From positions 2,528,234 through 2,592,233 of the forward strand of contig OZ240239.1 of the NCBI GenBank assembly GCA_965198095.1: a stretch of DNA of 64,000 nucleotides, in the 5' to 3' direction. Position numbers and translations under genes: made by a program. This DNA is from Candidatus Latescibacterota bacterium. GTDB lineage: Bacteria > Latescibacterota > UBA2968 > GCA-2709665. Below are positions 19,560-29,097 of the stretch, piece by piece. The notes under the pieces are model-generated. The model was given only the letters and a program-made list of their open reading frames with translations. It was not told the origin of the DNA and did no database searches. How positions within the stretch are numbered: the stretch's first letter is position 1; every line of letters begins with the position of its first letter.

Positions 19560-21125
19560 CTATCTCTCGTTTCGGACGAAGTCCAAATCGGTGCTGAAGA
19601 GGTCCCGAATGTCGTTGATTCCGAGGGCGACCATCGCCATTCGGTCCACGCCCAGGCCCCACGCGATCACGGGAACGTCCACCCCGAGCGGTTGAGTGAC
19701 CTCCGGACGAAACAGCCCGGCGCCGCCAAGCTCCACCCATCCGAGGGAAGGATGTTTGGCTTGAAGCTCCACGGAGGGTTCGGTGAAAGGAAAATAATCC
19801 GGGACGTACCGGACCTCTTCTGCCTGGGCGAGCTCGAGCGCGAACAGGTTCAACAGGCCCAGCAGACCGCGGAAGTTGATCTTGGCGCCCAGCACGATGC
19901 CTTCGACCTGGATGAAGTCGGCGGCATGGGTCGCGTCGACGTCATCCGGCCTGAAACATCGGACAATCGCGAAATACTTTCCCGGAATGTTGGGAGAAGA
20001 AGCGAGCGTGCGCGCGGAAAGCGCCGTTCCCTGCGTACGCAGGATGAGCCTGCGGGAGCGATCCGGATCAAACGGGTACCGCCACCCTCGCGAGCCGGTT
20101 TTCCCACCGTTGGCATGCGTCTCCCCGACTTCCGTAAAGTAAGGTTCTTCACGGCGCTTGGAACGTTCGGGGTGCTTGACGTAGTATGCGTCGTGGATGT
20201 TTCTCGCGGCGTGAAACTGGGGCATGAAGAGGGCGTCCATGTTCCAGAATTCGGTCTCGACGAGTGGCCCCTTCATCTCCTCGAAACCGAGTGAGAGCAG
20301 ATTTCGACGGACGTTGTCCAGGTAGGCTCTGTAGGCGTGCGCGCGCCCCACGAGAATTCGAGGCGGTCTGATGGAGAGGTCGTAGCGGCGAAACGAAAGA
20401 TGCCTCCACGCCCCGTCCTTGAGCATTTCAGGGCGGAGCCGTGAGACTTCCTCACCGGTCAGATTGGCTTCGAGAAGCGCGGCCAGGGTCCGGCCGCCGG
20501 TCTGCGTGAGACGGTAGGATCTCTCGACGCGCGCCTCGACGCGCAGGGCGCCACTGGCTTTGCCCCTCTTCCGGGCGTGAGCCGCAATGTATGCCCGGGC
20601 GTCCTCGGAGAACGCACGGATGTCGACCCCGTCACCCGTCTTCTGAAGCCGTTCAAACAGTTCCGGCATCAGGCGATCCCGGTAGAACGCAGCCTTTTCC
20701 TCGTCCGCAATCTGAATTGCCTCACCGTCCTGGCGAATCACGCCGCCCTTCTTGAGCGCGCCGAAGGCGCTCCCCCAGTCCCGTTTTTCGAAGCGGGTAT
20801 CTTTCTGGAGGTCCTTGAGGGAAGGGAAGGGCGGCTTCCCGGCGCGCGCGAGGAGCGCAGATTCGGGCGTGGTCCCTCTCTCCGCATATTCGGCACCGAC
20901 TTCGGTGAGCAGGACGGTGCTCAGCTGTCGCTCCGCGACCGTCTCGATCAGTCCTTTTGACAGCAGCCACTGGATGGCGCGACGTTGCTGAGCAGGTTCG
21001 AGATGCGTCGCATCCAACATTTCAGCGTCAGCGTAGACCGCGGTTTCCCGTCCCGAAAAGACGCGAAGCGTGCGGATCTCGAGCGGGTGCACGGAGGAAA
21101 GATCGTGATTTGCCTGCTGGGTCAC
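19560..21125 (-). CDS. pheS: Phenylalanine--tRNA ligase alpha subunit, archaeal/eukaryal-type long form (521 aa, GTG start)
   Basis: Class II aaRS core (FRPDDVDATHAADFIQVEGIV; GLGVDRMAMV) preceded by an N-terminal extension of about 230 aa, as in archaeal/eukaryotic PheRS alpha. RBS AGGGAG upstream. Confidence 0.85.
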   Translation of the reverse strand: MTQQANHDLSSVHPLEIRTLRVFSGRETAVYADAEMLDATHLEPAQQRRAIQWLLSKGLIETVAERQLSTVLLTEVGAEYAERGTTPESALLARAGKPPFPSLKDLQKDTRFEKRDWGSAFGALKKGGVIRQDGEAIQIADEEKAAFYRDRLMPELFERLQKTGDGVDIRAFSEDARAYIAAHARKRGKASGALRVEARVERSYRLTQTGGRTLAALLEANLTGEEVSRLRPEMLKDGAWRHLSFRRYDLSIRPPRILVGRAHAYRAYLDNVRRNLLSLGFEEMKGPLVETEFWNMDALFMPQFHAARNIHDAYYVKHPERSKRREEPYFTEVGETHANGGKTGSRGWRYPFDPDRSRRLILRTQGTALSARTLASSPNIPGKYFAIVRCFRPDDVDATHAADFIQVEGIVLGAKINFRGLLGLLNLFALELAQAEEVRYVPDYFPFTEPSVELQAKHPSLGWVELGGAGLFRPEVTQPLGVDVPVIAWGLGVDRMAMVALGINDIRDLFSTDLDFVRNER

Positions 21126-21581
21126 GCGGGTCTCCCTGAAGATTTCCGACGAGTACAGAAACGCCCTCTCATCCTTTGGGGACGAAAGGGCCTGCTGCCT
21201 TCCGCGGTACCACCCTATTTGCGTCCGGACCGGACACCGCTTAGTGAGCAGCCATCACTGCCCCTCTTTTTGACGGCAAAGAGAAACCGGTGCAGCCTAA
21301 TGCTCTCTCAAAGGAGAGGTTCGGCGTTGCAGCTCGGGAGGGAACTTCGACCGGCCGTGCCGCAGAGGCGTTCTCAACCCGGGGCGCCCCCTCTCTGTGA
21401 GGCCGGAATCGGTGGACTTTCCTCCGTCAAGGCTTTGTTAAACTATAAGTTACGATAGCATCCGTGTCAAGCGAAAAAACGAAAAGGAGCCTCGCCGTTT
21501 TCTCGACTCTCCGCAGTCACCGAGGCCGGCCCGGATCGCACGCAAACCGGGTGACGTGATCGATCGCCAGCCTCTCGCCCG

Positions 21582-22037
21582 CTACGCACCGTCGTCTGCC
21601 CTTCCGGACAGCATGCCATCCAAGGACCACCTTCCCGCCCCCTTCAGGATCAAGGCGCCAACGATCGCAAGCGCGAGGAGGTGGTACTCAAATCCCTCTC
21701 CCTCCTGATTCTTGAACCAGTTCATGAAGAAGCCGTGCGGGTAGTGGAGGGTTACGGCAACCAGCATGACACATCCGATCCCGAACGCCGCTACTCGCGT
21801 AAGGAGTCCGAGAATGAGCCCCAGCGACCCGAAGAACTCCGCGGCGATGGCCAGAAACGCCAAAACGGCTGGAATGCCCAAGCCTTGCGTCAACGTATCC
21901 ATCGTTCCGGAGAATCCACTGCCGCCGTACCAGCCCAGCATTTTCTGCGCGCCGTGGGCGAAGAAGACGATTCCCAGGAGAACGCGGAGGATCAGGCTGG
22001 ATATCTCATCGTCCGTCGAAATCAGCTTTTCGAACAT
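21582..22037 (-). CDS. DoxX-family membrane protein
   Basis: 151 aa, 4 TM (LLGIVFFAHGAQKMLGWYGG...). Confidence 0.75.
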   Translation of the reverse strand: MFEKLISTDDEISSLILRVLLGIVFFAHGAQKMLGWYGGSGFSGTMDTLTQGLGIPAVLAFLAIAAEFFGSLGLILGLLTRVAAFGIGCVMLVAVTLHYPHGFFMNWFKNQEGEGFEYHLLALAIVGALILKGAGRWSLDGMLSGRADDGA

Positions 22038-22067
22038 CGTTTGCTCCTTGAGTTCACCAGAGGTTGT

Positions 22068-22433
22068 CTACCGTTCTGAATCGACAGGAGGGACAAAGCG
22101 GTTGGCGAGCTCGGCATAGTCTTCTCGGACCGGCGTGAAGATGTCGAGGGCAACGACAGGACCGCCCACGGCGGCGACGCCGTGAGGCACGTTCGGCGGG
22201 ATGAGAAAGGCCTCGCCCTGTTTCAGAATCCGGGTCTCGTCTCCGATCGTGAACGCCATCCGGCCGCTCAAGACGATGCCTCCCTGCTCGTGCGGGTGAT
22301 GGTGTGTGGGAACGATTGCGCCTTCGTCGATCTCGACGCGGGAGATCATCAGGTTTTGGCCGTAGGGCGCCCGGATGCGAACGCCCGGGGCGAGCTCGTT
22401 CGGGGGTACGTCCTCCCAATCGATGAATGCCAT
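22068..22433 (-). CDS. Cupin-domain protein
   Basis: 121 aa with a two-His cupin motif (VPTHHHPHEQGGIVLSGRM...PPNVPHGV). Confidence 0.7.
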   Translation of the reverse strand: MAFIDWEDVPPNELAPGVRIRAPYGQNLMISRVEIDEGAIVPTHHHPHEQGGIVLSGRMAFTIGDETRILKQGEAFLIPPNVPHGVAAVGGPVVALDIFTPVREDYAELANRFVPPVDSER

Positions 22434-22647
22434 GGCGACCTCACGGAATGAGAATAAGAAAGACCTCGAAGGAGTGACCTGGGGAGAAACTGAACCCTGC
22501 TCTGAGCCGAGGCGGCTGAAGAAGCGCCGGTCTGGCCATTGTTCGCCCTTGGGAGATACGCACTGACCTTGCCTTCCCGACCGTAAAGATAGGGTGGACG
22601 TTTTGCCGTGCGCAAGCGGATTCTGGCGCCCCGCGCGAGAGGAACGC

Positions 22648-23313
22648 CTAGAACATCGCGATCAACTGAACCGTGACGCCTGCGCTCAGACAGAGGACGC
22701 CCAGCAGCCGAAGGGCAACGGTTCTGCCGGGGTTGAGCATCGGGAAGTGGGTGAGGAGGACGTTTGCCGCGTAGAGGATGTAGACCAGTCCCTTGATGAA
22801 GACCAGGTTCAGGAAGATCGGGAGGAGGAGGAAGATGAAGGCCGCGGGAAGGGTCGCGACGAGACCGGGCCGGAACGGGAAAGCGGCGACCGCCAGCAGA
22901 TGGTCTACCCAGACGGGGAACCGGGAGCGCCCGCAGAGACCTGCCCAGAGGAGCAGGCTCAGGAGGACGAGGGGGAGACAGAAGGCGCCGATGGCCAGCC
23001 AGAGGATGCCGAGCCCCTGCAGGTAGAGGCGAACGGGCGCGGCTTGCGCGACCCACGTCGCGTATTGCGGAAGCAGCAGGATGGGGATGACGATCAGGAA
23101 CCAGAAGGAGCGCCGGCGTTTGAAGTAGAGGTCCTGGAAGGTCTGGAAGAGATAGGCAGGCGTAAACAGAGGTGTTGCCAGGTCGCGGAGAAAGCCTCGG
23201 AGGCGCTCCTCGTACCGGTCGATCCGGGTGATGAGATCGAGGCTGATGAAAAGGACACCGAAGAGGTCCAGCAGGAGGCCGAAGCCGAATAGCGTCATTC
23301 CAGTCATTTTCAA
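22648..23313 (-). CDS. Polytopic membrane protein of unknown function
   Basis: About 6 predicted TM helices. Last gene of an operon with the AP-family and DedA-like genes. Confidence 0.5.
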   Translation of the reverse strand: MKMTGMTLFGFGLLLDLFGVLFISLDLITRIDRYEERLRGFLRDLATPLFTPAYLFQTFQDLYFKRRRSFWFLIVIPILLLPQYATWVAQAAPVRLYLQGLGILWLAIGAFCLPLVLLSLLLWAGLCGRSRFPVWVDHLLAVAAFPFRPGLVATLPAAFIFLLLPIFLNLVFIKGLVYILYAANVLLTHFPMLNPGRTVALRLLGVLCLSAGVTVQLIAMF

Positions 23314-23325
23314 CCCGCGCCGGAT

Positions 23326-24756
23326 CTACGACGCGACGATGATCTCTCCTTCAAGCCCTTCTGGAACAGGCCGGCCGGTCAGTTTGAGGATCGTAGGGAA
23401 CAGATCTACCGTGCGCGGATGGTCTCCGCGAACCGGGACGTTCATCGCCAGGGGAACCTGCATGTGTTCGCGGTGCAGCGACCCGTGCGACGCACGGTGG
23501 TCCGGGTTTTCGTACTGACAGGACCGGAGGTCGCTGCCGACGTTCGCACTGAGTATCATGTCGCCCGACCTCGGGGCTTCGAAGAGCTGCGTCAACTGGA
23601 CCAAGCCGTCCGGGTAGTCGGTCTCCACGGTCAGGGCATGGGCCTGCGCCGCGTCCAATTCAGGCGGAAGGGGACCGTAGCCGAGCGGGTCCCCCCACAA
23701 GGTTTCATAGGTATAGGTCCCGTCTCGCTCGACAATCCGGGCCTCTCCGGCCCGCGCGATCACCCGGATTCCGCCGTCTTGACTCCGGCTCGCGATGAGG
23801 TCGACCTCCTCCCGGCCGAGAAACTCGGCCACCGGGTCGGGCGTAAGCTCGCGAATCTCCTCGTAAGCCATCGGCGCTCCCCAGCCGGTCTTCCCGCGGA
23901 AGTAGACGTGACCCATGCCATTTCCCGAAACCATGAAGGCGGCATCCGCGTCCGGGCGGAAGACCTTGGGGTAGTGGAGCGTTCGGAAGCCCATGGCGTC
24001 GAGGAGATCTCCGGGGTCGAGGTGGCGATGGGTCTCGGTGAGCCCGTGGTCGCTCGTGAGCACGAGGAGCGTCTCCTCTTCCCGGCCCTGCGCCGAGAGC
24101 GCGGCCACGGCTTCGCCAACCGCCCGGTCCAGCGCCCGGTAGGATGCGACGACCTCGTCCGCGAAGGGATGTTTCAGATGAGAAAATTCATCTACGCCGG
24201 GGAAGACGGCGAAGACGAAGTCGGACCGCCGGTGGATGGCACTGTTGAGGAGCCGCCCGGCCGCCCTGTCCACAGGTTGCCAGCGGTCGGTCCAGTGGGC
24301 GTAGAGCCAGTAGGCGCTCCGGATCGCCTTTGTGACGTTTCCGAAAAACCCGACGTCCCGATTGATGGCGCTGAAGATATTCGCGGGCCGCTGGAAGTGC
24401 CCGAAGATCGTCGGGAACCGGGCCATCAAGTCCTTGTTGAAGCAGTAGCTTCCAGGGCCGACATAGGATCGGTAGCTCCGCCGGCCCCAGACGCCAAGCC
24501 TGGAAAAGGCCTCTCTGTCGAACCATCGGATGCCGGGAAGGTTGCACGGTCCGGGATAGGCGCCCGTCAGGAAGGGCAGATATGCCGGTCCGGTGGTCGA
24601 GGGGAAGACCGTGGTCGCGCGACGTAGGGATCCAGGTGCCACGATGTGGCGGGAGATGTTCGGCAGGTCGCCCCGACCCAGGAGTTCTTCGAGGAAGTCG
24701 GGTCGCGCACCGTCCGCGAGGAAGAGGATGCACGAACGGAAGCAAGGGTTGAGCAT
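23326..24756 (-). CDS. Alkaline-phosphatase superfamily protein (type I phosphodiesterase / nucleotide pyrophosphatase family)
   Basis: ILFLADGARPDF...VFPSTTGPAYLPFLTGAYPGPCNLPGI...LTSDHGL; metal-site motifs of PF01663-like enzymes. Confidence 0.7.
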   Translation of the reverse strand: MLNPCFRSCILFLADGARPDFLEELLGRGDLPNISRHIVAPGSLRRATTVFPSTTGPAYLPFLTGAYPGPCNLPGIRWFDREAFSRLGVWGRRSYRSYVGPGSYCFNKDLMARFPTIFGHFQRPANIFSAINRDVGFFGNVTKAIRSAYWLYAHWTDRWQPVDRAAGRLLNSAIHRRSDFVFAVFPGVDEFSHLKHPFADEVVASYRALDRAVGEAVAALSAQGREEETLLVLTSDHGLTETHRHLDPGDLLDAMGFRTLHYPKVFRPDADAAFMVSGNGMGHVYFRGKTGWGAPMAYEEIRELTPDPVAEFLGREEVDLIASRSQDGGIRVIARAGEARIVERDGTYTYETLWGDPLGYGPLPPELDAAQAHALTVETDYPDGLVQLTQLFEAPRSGDMILSANVGSDLRSCQYENPDHRASHGSLHREHMQVPLAMNVPVRGDHPRTVDLFPTILKLTGRPVPEGLEGEIIVAS

Positions 24757-24760
24757 GCGG

Positions 24761-25405
24761 TTAGATACGGGAATGCGTGGGCTGAACGGGCACCGGCACG
24801 TCTTCGGGGCACGAAGTCAGGTGATTCTGGACAATGCGGTAGAACAGGAGGCAGACGATCAACATCACGCTGCCGATGAGCAGCAGCGGAAGGATCTCGA
24901 GCGTGCCCACGAGCGCGAACAGATAGTAACGCGGGAGCCGTCCGGCGAAGACGGCCATCATGTACCGGCTGAGCGGGTAGCCGCTCGTCGGGCTGAGGAC
25001 TCTGAACGGATAGAACGGGATGAAGGGCATCAGGGCGGCCACGAAGACGCAGACGAAGGGGGCCTTCAGGAAATAACGAACGACCTTTCCGTAGGCCCTG
25101 CTTTGTCGAATCTTCCTGAGCTTTTCCGCCTGAAAGGCGAAATTGATGGCCTTGTAGTCGACAAAGCAGGGGATCATGGTGCCCACTGCCGCGACGAAGG
25201 CCACCAGCTCCGGCGCGTAGAACCGCCCGAATAGGATGACGGCGGGCTCGTGAGGGATCGCGATGAAGGAGTTCGAAGGAGCGGAATACAGGAAGAGTAA
25301 GATCAGATTCCGGTAGTCGGGTAGGAAGCAGGCCGTCGCCCCGGCGACCAGGAGGAGTGGGACGAGGCTCAGGAGATAAATCCGCCAGTCTTTGTTCAAT
25401 CGCAT
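24761..25405 (-). CDS. DedA/VTT-like integral membrane protein (tentative)
   Basis: 214 aa polytopic protein. The SNSFIAIPHEPAVILFG...RLPRYYLFALVG pattern resembles VTT/DedA domains. The call is tentative. Confidence 0.45.
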   Translation of the reverse strand: MRLNKDWRIYLLSLVPLLLVAGATACFLPDYRNLILLFLYSAPSNSFIAIPHEPAVILFGRFYAPELVAFVAAVGTMIPCFVDYKAINFAFQAEKLRKIRQSRAYGKVVRYFLKAPFVCVFVAALMPFIPFYPFRVLSPTSGYPLSRYMMAVFAGRLPRYYLFALVGTLEILPLLLIGSVMLIVCLLFYRIVQNHLTSCPEDVPVPVQPTHSRI

Positions 25406-25581
25406 CGATGCTCCTCAAAACAGGGCTAAAATTTAGACTCAAGGCGGAAATAAGTCAATAAAATAATCGGCCCGGGAAACGGTAGCCCGGCTGGACTGCT
25501 GGCGAATGATGCCCGTCCCGGGCGTGTTCAATGTGTCGAGATGCAGGGTCTCCACCCACGGACCGCCGCGGGCGTTTGCCT

Positions 25582-26685
25582 TCACGCGGGGAGCCAAGCC
25601 TGGAAGAAGCGCTGCCAGTTGCGGTACATGATGTTGGCGATATCTTCCCTCTTGTAACCTCGCCTTTCGAGCAGACCGGCGACACGTTGATAGTCGGCCA
25701 CCGTGTCGATTTCGTAAGGCGCGCCTTCCCGCCCCCCCTGGCCATCCGTATCTCCGCCGACCGCGGCGTGGCGAGCGTTGCCGGCCAGCTGGCAGACGTG
25801 GTCGATGTGGTCCACGAGATCGTCGAGCCTGATCGCCTCCCTCGGGTAGACGGACCGGCGTTCCGGAATGTCGGCCCAGTCGATGCCCGGCTTGTAGAGC
25901 ATGTAGGCATCCATCGAGGCCCCGATGACGCCGTCGCGCTCGATGATCGCCCTGAGTTGCGCATCCGGAAACTGCCGCTCCCCGGGCGCAAGCGCCCTGC
26001 AGTTCTGGTGACTCGCCAGGATGGGGCCGGTAAAGATCTCAAGCGCCTGCCGGACCGACGCGTCGGAGGCGTGAGTCAGGTCCAGCATCATGCCTACGGC
26101 ATCCATCTCGCGCAGCAGCGCTTTGGCTGCGGGGAAGAGCCCCCCGGAGGTGCCGGTGCCCGTCCCGTGGGCGTAGGCGCTCACGCCGTAGTGCGTGAGG
26201 CTGACGACGCGCAAACCGTCTTCATACCACTCGCTGACCTGTCCGGGCGAAAGGATCGGATCGGCGCCCTCCATCCCGATCACCAGTCCGACCGGCAGGT
26301 GATCGTGGGTCTCCGCTTCTTCCCACGCCTGCATATGCGCCTTCAGGCTGCTTTTCGTCGTGAGCAGACGGACCTCGCCTTCCGCTTCGAGCACTCGGTA
26401 ATATGCGAGCTGGCCGTGCGCAGCCGCGTAGGCCAGATGTCCACTCGCGTAGCCCCAAAGCGTACTCCCTGGTCTCCAGACCCGTCCGCTCAGCTTCACG
26501 AGGGCAGCCGCGATCCGGCCACGACGCATCTCTGGGAGCGAGGCCATGAGTGCTCGGTGTGTTGAAAACATTCTGAATGCGTGGCGCGTATCGGAGGCGC
26601 GAACCTCATCGATCGATCGGGTCAAGTCGAAGTTTCCGTCGATGGCGACGGGCGCCATCGGATAGTCGCCGTCGAAGATCAGCAT
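25582..26685 (-). CDS. Membrane dipeptidase (peptidase M19 family)
   Basis: 367 aa (MLIFDGDYPMAPVAIDGNFDLTRS...VSLTHYGVSAYAHG...DTDGQG), renal-dipeptidase fold. Confidence 0.8.
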   Translation of the reverse strand: MLIFDGDYPMAPVAIDGNFDLTRSIDEVRASDTRHAFRMFSTHRALMASLPEMRRGRIAAALVKLSGRVWRPGSTLWGYASGHLAYAAAHGQLAYYRVLEAEGEVRLLTTKSSLKAHMQAWEEAETHDHLPVGLVIGMEGADPILSPGQVSEWYEDGLRVVSLTHYGVSAYAHGTGTGTSGGLFPAAKALLREMDAVGMMLDLTHASDASVRQALEIFTGPILASHQNCRALAPGERQFPDAQLRAIIERDGVIGASMDAYMLYKPGIDWADIPERRSVYPREAIRLDDLVDHIDHVCQLAGNARHAAVGGDTDGQGGREGAPYEIDTVADYQRVAGLLERRGYKREDIANIMYRNWQRFFQAWLPA

Positions 26686-26704
26686 GATCTGTCCTCTCTA
26701 CAGC

Positions 26705-27892
26705 TCACCAAGGAGCCTGTTTGTCCTGCCAGGGGTGTCTTCTGAGCTCCGCTTCATTCAGTTCGGCGCCCCAGCCCGGGCCGGTCGGGATCTTCATGTA
26801 TCCATTCTCGATTTCGGGTGGATGCGTCACCAGATCGTCTTTCCACGAGACGTCGTCGATATCGATCTCCATAATGCGCACGTTGGGAAGCACGCCACAA
26901 AGGCTCGCACTCATGAATGTCGACAGGTGGCTGTAGTAGTTGTGGGGGGCAACGTTCAGTTGGTAGACCTCGGCGAGGTCCCCGATCTTTTTGGATTGTG
27001 AAAAGCCGTTCCAGCAGACGTCTACCATAAACACGTCGGCAGCGTGGCGGTCGAAATAGGGGAGGTACTGGCCCGCGTAAACGAGGTTTTCCCCGGTGCA
27101 AATCCTCGTGGATGTCGATTGCTTGATCTGAAGGACGGCATCGGGATCGTAGAGGTCGACTTCCAGCCAGAGCAGGTCGAACGGCTCGAGCGCGCGCGCG
27201 ATGCGGACGCAGGCCTCCGGCTTGAAGTTGAAGTTGAGGTCCAAGTTGATGTCGACCTCCGCGCCGACGCCTTCCCGGAAGCTCCCGATCAGATGGACGA
27301 TATGTTCCAGCAGGGCTTTCGAAACGATCTGATCAGTGGATCCCGGGCCACCGCCGAACCCGCCGAAATGCACCGAAGCCGGTTCGCCGGGGAGGACGAT
27401 GTTCGTTTTCAGGGCCGTAAACCCCTTTCTGACGACCTCCCTGCCCAGCGCCACGATGTCATCCATCGTTCGCAGGGGAGGGGTATTCAAGAGGTCCGCG
27501 TATCGGGCGCGGCTCGTCCCGCAGTGGGACCAGTAGAGCCGGATCTCTTCCCGGGTCGGACCTCCAAACAGCTCGACGACCGATATGCCCAGCGCCTTCG
27601 CCTTGATGTCTATAAGGGCGCACTCGATCCCGGCGATCGCCTTCGCGGCAATGCCTCCGGGGCTCTGGCGGAGCCTCCGGTAGAGATCCCAGAACCTCAT
27701 CTCGTAGGGCCTGGGGTCTTTGCCGATGAGCAGGGCCTTCACGTCCTTGACGGTGCCGACGATCCCGTAAGGGTTTCTGGCGTCGCTGCATTCCCCGTAG
27801 CCCGTAATGCCTTCATCCGTATCCACCTTGACGAAGGTCCAAGGCCTCCAGCCTGCGTCGACGACAAAGCTTTCGACGTTCGTAATCTTCAT
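26705..27892 (-). CDS. Enolase-superfamily dehydratase (D-galactonate/D-mannonate dehydratase-like, MR/MLE family)
   Basis: ORF trimmed to M39 (MKITNVESFVVDAGWRPWTFVKVDTDEGITGYGECS). 395 aa. Confidence 0.75.
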   Translation of the reverse strand: MKITNVESFVVDAGWRPWTFVKVDTDEGITGYGECSDARNPYGIVGTVKDVKALLIGKDPRPYEMRFWDLYRRLRQSPGGIAAKAIAGIECALIDIKAKALGISVVELFGGPTREEIRLYWSHCGTSRARYADLLNTPPLRTMDDIVALGREVVRKGFTALKTNIVLPGEPASVHFGGFGGGPGSTDQIVSKALLEHIVHLIGSFREGVGAEVDINLDLNFNFKPEACVRIARALEPFDLLWLEVDLYDPDAVLQIKQSTSTRICTGENLVYAGQYLPYFDRHAADVFMVDVCWNGFSQSKKIGDLAEVYQLNVAPHNYYSHLSTFMSASLCGVLPNVRIMEIDIDDVSWKDDLVTHPPEIENGYMKIPTGPGWGAELNEAELRRHPWQDKQAPW

Positions 27893-28140
27893 CTCAGCCG
27901 CCCTCTTTCCTCTTTTTTCGGCCCGCACCCGAGCTGCGGGATCCTGCAACAGAGCAATAAAGGTAACAAATGGACCGAAGGAGATCAATGCGGTTGCACG
28001 GCGCACCGTCGCTCTACGCCGGCTCCCTGCGTTCTACAAAACCGTTTGCGCGTTTTGTTTCTGGACTGTATCGTTCCATCGAATGCGGGTAAGCCGGTTC
28101 GCGATCGTGGCTTTGACCTTGGGTCCCGCCGCCCGCGCGC

Positions 28141-28178
28141 CTGCCTGTCCCTGCCTGCTGAGGCAAGCGGCAGGCAGG
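28141..28178. repeat. GC-rich palindromic repeat, copy B
   Basis: ctgcctgtccctgcctgctgaggcaagcggcaggcagg. Intergenic. Confidence 0.65.
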
Positions 28179-28251
28179 TGTCCGCACGCAGACGGGGAAA
28201 CTGAGCCTGGAACGAAGCAGCGGGCGTTTATTCGGAAGGCTTTTTTGGGAG

Positions 28252-29007
28252 GTGAAGGTCGTGTCAGAAGATACGCATGAAACCTTTACACTGCCGGGGG
28301 ACGTCGATCTGGAGATGGCGTGGGTCGAACCGGGAACGTTTCTCTTGGGATCCGTCGAGTCCGAACCGGGGAGATGGGATGATGAGGGTCCACAACACGA
28401 GGTGACGCTCACGCGCGGGTTCTTCCTCGGGAAGTATGCGGTCACGCAGGAGGTTTGGGCAAAAGTGATGGGGGCCCGGCCTTGGGCGAGACAGGATTAC
28501 GTGTTCGAAAACCCCGTGCATCCAGCCGTCTACGTCTCCTGGGAAGATGCGCAGGCGTTCGTGAAGCGGCTTAACGTTGATGAGGCGTCGTCGTCCTACA
28601 GGCTGCCGACGGAGTCGGAATGGGAATATGCCTGCCGGGCGGGCACGACCACGCCCTGGTCGTTCGGAGAGGATGAAGCCGAGATCGGCGACTATGCGTG
28701 GTACCGAGGCAACGCGTGGGACGCAGGCGAGCCGTATGCGCACCCGGTGGGGGCCAAGCTTTCCAACCCGCTCGGAATTCACGACATGCACGGGAACGTC
28801 TGGGAGTGGGTATCGGATTGGCACGGCGACTATTCGGCCGAACCGCAGACCGACCCTCAGGGTCCGGAAAAGGGAACGATTCGGGTGCTGAAGGGAAGCG
28901 GGTTTTCGAGTCTGGCCAGGGCGGTGCGATCGGCCTTCAGGTACGGCTATACTCCCAAGCGCCGTTTTCACTGCATCGGTTTCCGCCTGCTTCGAGAGGC
29001 GATATAA
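28252..29007 (+). CDS. Formylglycine-generating-enzyme (FGE/SUMF1) family protein, GTG start
   Basis: 251 aa (YRLPTESEWEYACRAGTTTPWSFG...HDMHGNVWEWVSDW...RGGSF-like GSGFSS). Confidence 0.75.
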   Translation: MKVVSEDTHETFTLPGDVDLEMAWVEPGTFLLGSVESEPGRWDDEGPQHEVTLTRGFFLGKYAVTQEVWAKVMGARPWARQDYVFENPVHPAVYVSWEDAQAFVKRLNVDEASSSYRLPTESEWEYACRAGTTTPWSFGEDEAEIGDYAWYRGNAWDAGEPYAHPVGAKLSNPLGIHDMHGNVWEWVSDWHGDYSAEPQTDPQGPEKGTIRVLKGSGFSSLARAVRSAFRYGYTPKRRFHCIGFRLLREAI

Positions 29008-29044
29008 CGGGAATAAGGCCTGATGTTGGAAGGAGAGAACGAGG

Positions 29045-29074
29045 CGAGGGGGCCGCATCACAGCGGCCCCCTCG
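29045..29074. terminator. Bidirectional terminator hairpin between the convergent FGE gene and glnA
   Basis: CGAGGGGGCCGCatcacaGCGGCCCCCTCG, a 12-bp perfect stem, then CTTT. Confidence 0.55.
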
Positions 29075-29097
29075 CTTTAGCGGGTTACGGCGCCCTT

